Source: the human T2T-CHM13v2.0 reference genome, Homo sapiens
Strand: one strand, 5' to 3'
Length of the DNA: 64,000 nt
Assembly (NCBI RefSeq): GCF_009914755.1
Contig: NC_060929.1
In this document: piece after piece, positions 56,289 to 64,000 of the stretch
How the letters are laid out: every line of letters starts with the position of its first letter
Position numbering within the stretch: the first letter of the stretch is position 1
Made by a program: the position numbers and the translations under genes
Notes under the pieces: generated by a model
What the model was told of the DNA's origin: nothing
The model's database searches: none
Seen by the model: the letters and a program-made list of their open reading frames with translations, nothing else

Positions 56289-56629
56289 CAGGCAGTCTCT
56301 GGCTCAGGATGGTTCGCCTTTTGATAGTATGAAAGTGTCATGCATTCAGTAGAGACCGTAATTGGAGTACCCATATGACCATTCTATTTTTCACTTTCAC
56401 TACAGTATTCAGTCATTACATGAGATATTCAACACTTGATTAAAAATAGGCTTAGTGTTAGATGATTCTGCCCAAATGTAGGCTAATGTAAATATTCTGA
56501 GCACATTTAAGGTAGATTAGGTTGAGTTATGATGTTTGGTAGGTTAAGTATATTAAATACATTTTCGACATTTTAAACTTACAATGTTTTTATTGGACCC
56601 TAACCCCATTGTAAGTTGAGGCGCACCTG
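56289..56629 (-). mobile_element. MER47A-like TcMar-Tigger MITE
   Basis: TA-cagg...; aaccccattgtaagttgagg..cacctg-TA; internal motif taggctaatgtaa..ttctgagcacatttaaggtag. Confidence 0.75.
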
Positions 56630-57024
56630 TATTTCTGTTTCTCCTCTCCTGGCCTCTATGCTATTGTAGTCATGTATGTTATTTCTCCATATGGTGTAAG
56701 TCTCAAAATACATTGTTATTTTACTTTAAACACTCAAGTAATAGGAAAATTGGTTAGTATTTTTCCGTATACTTAGCATTTCCAATGTTTTTCATTTCTT
56801 TCTAGTGCAAGTTTCTGTAATTTTCCTTCTGACAAAAAGACGTAATGGGGTCTGCCAGTGATTTTTTTGTTTTTGTTTATTTTTTGTATTTTAGGTTTTA
56901 TGTCTGGAAAAGCCTTTCTGTTGACCTATTTTTGAAAGAGGTTTTTGCTGAGCATAGAAATCTAGATTGACAGTTCATATGTTTCGGTACTTTATTTTCT
57001 TTCTTCTTTTTAAATTAAATTAAG

Positions 57025-57880
<856 letters not shown>

Positions 57881-58106
57881 AGGCGTATGTCATGGTGAGT
57901 TCTTCCGTGTTGCTCTGTGGCCTTCCAGCGTGCATTGTTTCTGAGAAAAGGTCATTCTTATCCTTGTTTCTTTTATGTATGCCTGTTTTCTGTGGCTGCC
58001 TTAAGAGTCTCTCGCCATTACTCTTTTAAGCAGTGTGATAATGATGTGTCTTCGTGTAGTTTTCTTTTGTTCTTTTATTTCTCTTGTGCTGCTTAGGTTT
58101 TGCTGA

Positions 58107-58541
<435 letters not shown>

Positions 58542-58936
58542 TAATCACCCACGTGATTTCAGAACACATAAATTGATTTCTCTTGTCTCTTAGCATTTAG
58601 CAATAAAGGATCCTGGGTATTTTATAATGAAATCACTTATCAAAACAGGGCTCTTAACATAGGTCAGGATAATCCCAGCCTTCCTCAAGTCACTAAGCTG
58701 CTTAAAAGTAAATGCAAGTTTTTGGGTACTTATGAGTATGTACAATTTTGTGGGGAAGAAGTAGATAGATATGAGATTATCAAAAGGTGACTTCCTTTTG
58801 TTCATTGACCTCTTCCTGAAAATTAGGATCCTTAATTTCTTGTATTGCGTAGTTCAATGGTAGAGATATATCTTTCTCTAGTACATTATGTTCTTTTACT
58901 TCTGTTACTAATCTTTTAAACTCTGAATTTTTTTAA

Positions 58937-59119
<183 letters not shown>

Positions 59120-59697
59120 TGATTTTAATAGAGACGGGGTTTCATCGTGTTAGCCAGGATGGTCTCGATCTCCTGACCTCGTGGTACACCCACCTCGGCC
59201 TCCCAAAGTGCTGTGATAACAGGCGTGAGCCAGTGCACCCGGCCTGCACTCTGATTTTTTAAACAAAAATGAAGTACCATGTTTTGAAGTTTGCTTTTTT
59301 TGCTTCATTTGTTGTGAACATAGTTCCACATCAGTGTATGTAACTATTTCATTCTAAAAGAGAATATGGCTAAGGAATGTTACATGAATGAAACGTAATT
59401 CAGTATGCTCGATTCATGATCGTTTATATTTCTAATTTTCCCCAACAATATATGTCTTAGCATACCTGAACAAGTGTTTTCATAAGGTAAATCACAAATT
59501 GTGGAATTGATGGGGCAAAGACGACTCAGCTTTAAAATTTTAGTAGATATTACCAGATTGGCTTCAAAATAGTTGCATGTTTCCCAAAATGAAAGAATGT
59601 GTCTGTTTCCCCCTTCTTGTCAATATTGGATATTAGTCTTTTTTATTTTGCTATCGTAAACATTTTTTTATTACTGAGTTTGAAGATTTATTTTTAA

Positions 59698-59933
<236 letters not shown>

Positions 59934-61019
59934 TGATCCACCCGCCTCGACCTCCCAAAGTGCTGGGATTACAGGCGTGAGCCACCGCTCCTGGCCATGA
60001 CTTTGTTTTTTAAGTGACCTATTCTTATCCATTGTTCATTTTCCTGTTGATTTCTTTGTTTTCTTTTCTCTCATTATAAAACTCACAGGAAATCATGAGG
60101 GCAGGCACATGCTATTATTTACCATTCTATCCCCATACCAGCATGGTGGATACTGAAAATTGACTGAATAATGGTTAGCTTCCCATATAAGTTGGTGTCT
60201 TCACCATATAGAAAGAAGTTTTACATTTTAATGAATTCAAACCTGACAACTGTTTTCATATTTGAATTCTAGTGTTTGAGTTATGCTGATAACTATTCTG
60301 TTTCATTTCTTTCCTGGTTTTTTGGTACTTAGAAATTTATTCCAGAATCGTGTGTGTGTATGGTAGGCATCCGAGTTCTCCTTGTCTTCCTGCCTCTACC
60401 TCATATATGATTTATTCCTTTACTTGGCTTTTTTTCCTTTCCCTTATTCCCAGACTTTGTGGTTTTCTTTCTGGCTACCTTCTACCTTCTTGAATTGTCA
60501 GCTTATTTTTCTGGCAGATGGAATTATGATCACCCTGTATGGGAAAAGGAGCTATACAAATTGGCAGGCTTTGAAAATGAACCGCCATAAATCCGTAGAA
60601 GTTGTATGTCTCCATTCAGGAGCTCTGTTTGCTTCTTTAGGCATACCCTTCCCCTCTCTTGAGTGAAGAGGGCAAAGACACAGAAAACTTAGTAGGGAAC
60701 CAGGCGCAGTGGCTCACGCCTGTAGTTCCAGCTACTTGGGAAGCTGAAGCAGGAGGATCACGTGAGCCTAGGAGTTAAAGGCTACTGTGAGCTATGAGCA
60801 AGCACACCACTGCACTCCAGCCTGGGTGACAGAATGAGACCCTGTCTCAAAAAAACAACAAATTGTTTTATATTAAATGCCTTATTCATATTGAATATCA
60901 GCTGTGTGTTTTCAGTTTTATGAATGGAAAATTAAGTAAATAAAATTTTGTTCTACAAATAGCTTGTGGTATGGTGTCTGTTCTGTTTATAGCAAAGTAA
61001 GGGAAATACCTTCTTAGAT

Positions 61020-61900
61020 TAAGATAGATTTTATTATACAGTTTTACTGAAGTTTAGTTGACATTCAAAATTGGCGTGTATAAAGTGAATAATGTGTATA
61101 TTTTGACTGTGTACACCCGTGAAACCATCACCACAATCAAGAATGATCATATTCATCGATCCTGAAAGTTTGTGATCCTTCCTTCCCCACCTCTCCTGTT
61201 TCTCCATTCCTTCCCCTATTTCTAAGCAACCGCTGTTCTGCTTTCTATAACCATAGATTAGTATGCATTTTGTGGAATTTTTGTATAAATGATGTTATAC
61301 AGTATGTACCCTTTTTTCTTTTTTTCATGAAAATGGACACCTTGCATTTTTTTTGTTGTTTTTGGTGATTTTGGTCTGCTCTTATCCTCTATACTTATCC
61401 TGTAGTTCATCCATAGTGTTTTGTTGGTTTTTAGTAGTTCATTCTTTTTTATTACTGAGTAGTAGTCCATTGTATGGCTACGCCAGCATTTGTTTATTTG
61501 TTCTCCTGTTGAACACACTTGGGTTGTTTCCAATATTTGACTATTACAAATAAAGCTGCCGTGAACATTCCCCTTTGTGTGGGCATAACTTTTATTTCCT
61601 AAAAAATGGAATTGATCATATGGTAAGTGTATGTTTAACTTTTTAAAAAACTGAATCTGGTTTGCAAAGATGTCTTGTTTCATATTCCTACTAGATGTCT
61701 TTGATCCATGCCCTCACCAACACAAGTCTTAAATTTAGCCATTCTTCTGGGTATGTAGTGCTATCTCAGAGTGGTTTAAATTTGCATTTCCCTAATGACT
61801 CCCAATTTTGAGCATCTTTTCATGTGATTATTTGCCATCTGTTTATATCTTCTTTGGTGAAGTGTCTGTTAGATCTTTCACTCGGTTTGAAAATTATGTT
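61020..61900 (-). mobile_element. Old L1 (L1M-type) 3' region
   Basis: acacccgtgaaaccatcaccacaatcaaga...agtagtccattgtatgg...tttgcatttccctaatgact. Confidence 0.75.
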
Positions 61901-62168
61901 TTATTTCTTTCTCTCTCTTTTTTTTTAGACAGAGTCTTGCTTGGCTAATTTTGTATTTTTAGTAGAGATGGGGGTTTCACCATGTTGGCCAGGATGGTCT
62001 CGATGTCCTGACCTCATGATCCACCCGCCTCGGCCTCCCAAAGTGCTGGGATTACAGGCATGAGCCACCGCACCCAGCCCAACCATTTGATTTTAATGTG
62101 GTTATTTCTATGGTTAAATTTAAAATTCACCATCTTGCTATTTTTTTATTCATATCATTTATTCTTTG

Positions 62169-62256
62169 TTCTATTTTTTCTTCACTCTCTTGTTTTGAAA
62201 TAATAAAGCTTCTTCTATTTTTTCTTCACTGTCTTGTTTTGAAATAATAGAGCTTT
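62169..62256. repeat. 44-bp tandem duplication (2 copies)
   Basis: ttctattttttcttcact(c/g)tcttgttttgaaataata(a/g)agctt occurs twice. Confidence 0.9.
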
Positions 62257-62692
62257 TTTTAAATCATTCCATTTTACCTCCTTTGTTTGACTTTTAGCGA
62301 TAACTCTTCGATTTATTAGTTAGGGTTTATGGTGTCTTATACTTACCACAGTGTGCTGTCAAGTACTAGTACACCTCTTTACATGCAGATAATAGCCCAA
62401 CAGTACACTTTTGTTTCCTCCTCCCATCCATTATTTCTTTGTGATGTGTCACTTCTGCATATGTCATAACACCCACGTTATCTTATTTCTAATATTGCTT
62501 TAAGTAGTCAATTACATTTTAAATAGTTGTAGAGAAAATAATCTCATACATACCCACGTATTCACTATTTCTGGTGTTCGTTTCTGTTAATGTAGATTTC
62601 CATCTGGTATTTTATTTCTTCTGCTTAAAGAATTTTCTCTAATTTCCTATCAGGTAGATCAACTGGCAATGAATCATTTCACCTTTTCTATA

Positions 62693-63023
62693 CAGGTTGA
62701 GTATTGCTTAACTAGAATATCCCTTGGGATCAAAAGTGATTTGGATTTCAGATTTTTTTATTTTTTATTTTTGAATGCTTACATATATGTATGTGATGAG
62801 ATATCTTGGGGTTGGAACCCAAGTCTAAAACTTGAAATTCATTTATGGTTCATACATACTTTATGCAAATAGCCTGAAGGTAACTTTATTCAATGTTTTA
62901 AATTTTGTACGTGAAACCAAGTTTATGTACATTGAACCATCAGAAAGCAAGGAAGTCACTATTTCATGTCATTGTTCAGAAAGTTGCAGGTTTTGGAGCA
63001 TTTTGGATTAGGGTTGCTCAAGC
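62693..63023 (+). mobile_element. Tigger4/MER46-family DNA transposon
   Basis: TA-caggttgagtat...gagatatcttgggg.tggaacccaagtctaaa...gcctgaaggtaa. Confidence 0.7.
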
Positions 63024-63104
63024 TTTGTCAGAAGTTAATTTGCCTTCATTTTTGGAAGCTATTTTTGGTAATTTGCTAGGTTGACAGGATTTTTTTTTTC
63101 CTTA

Positions 63105-63941
<837 letters not shown>

Positions 63942-64000
63942 TGAGTTTAGAGTTTTCATCAAACATAGACATTTTCTGCTGTTTTTTCTCGTGTAATACC

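Overview
Hominoid, most likely human, genomic DNA holding the 5' end of CNOT6 (CCR4a deadenylase of the CCR4-NOT complex) on the + strand. It has a CpG-island promoter (~10.0-11.05 kb), a nominally non-coding exon 1 ending at 10628, a ~34.5-kb Alu-rich intron 1, the first coding exon (45146-45259; [18 protein letters not shown]...) and part of intron 2. Almost all other ORFs in the track are Alu, SVA or VNTR artefacts. Points of interest: (i) a three-uORF 5' leader, with an Arg-codon-rich uORF and a strong-Kozak uORF that overlaps the CNOT6 CDS out of frame but becomes an in-frame N-terminal extension if a second AG 28 nt upstream is used; (ii) an antisense PLP2 processed pseudogene whose start-codon region is amplified into a 10 x 49-bp VNTR; (iii) a 24-copy 41/43-bp VNTR with an HRE-type ACGTG core in every unit, ~8 kb upstream of the promoter; (iv) an antisense SVA with a perfect 16-bp TSD; (v) a triple tandem Alu with a chimeric middle copy. 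Repeat subfamily names come from visual recognition only and repeat boundaries are approximate. Only a selection of the many Alus is listed.
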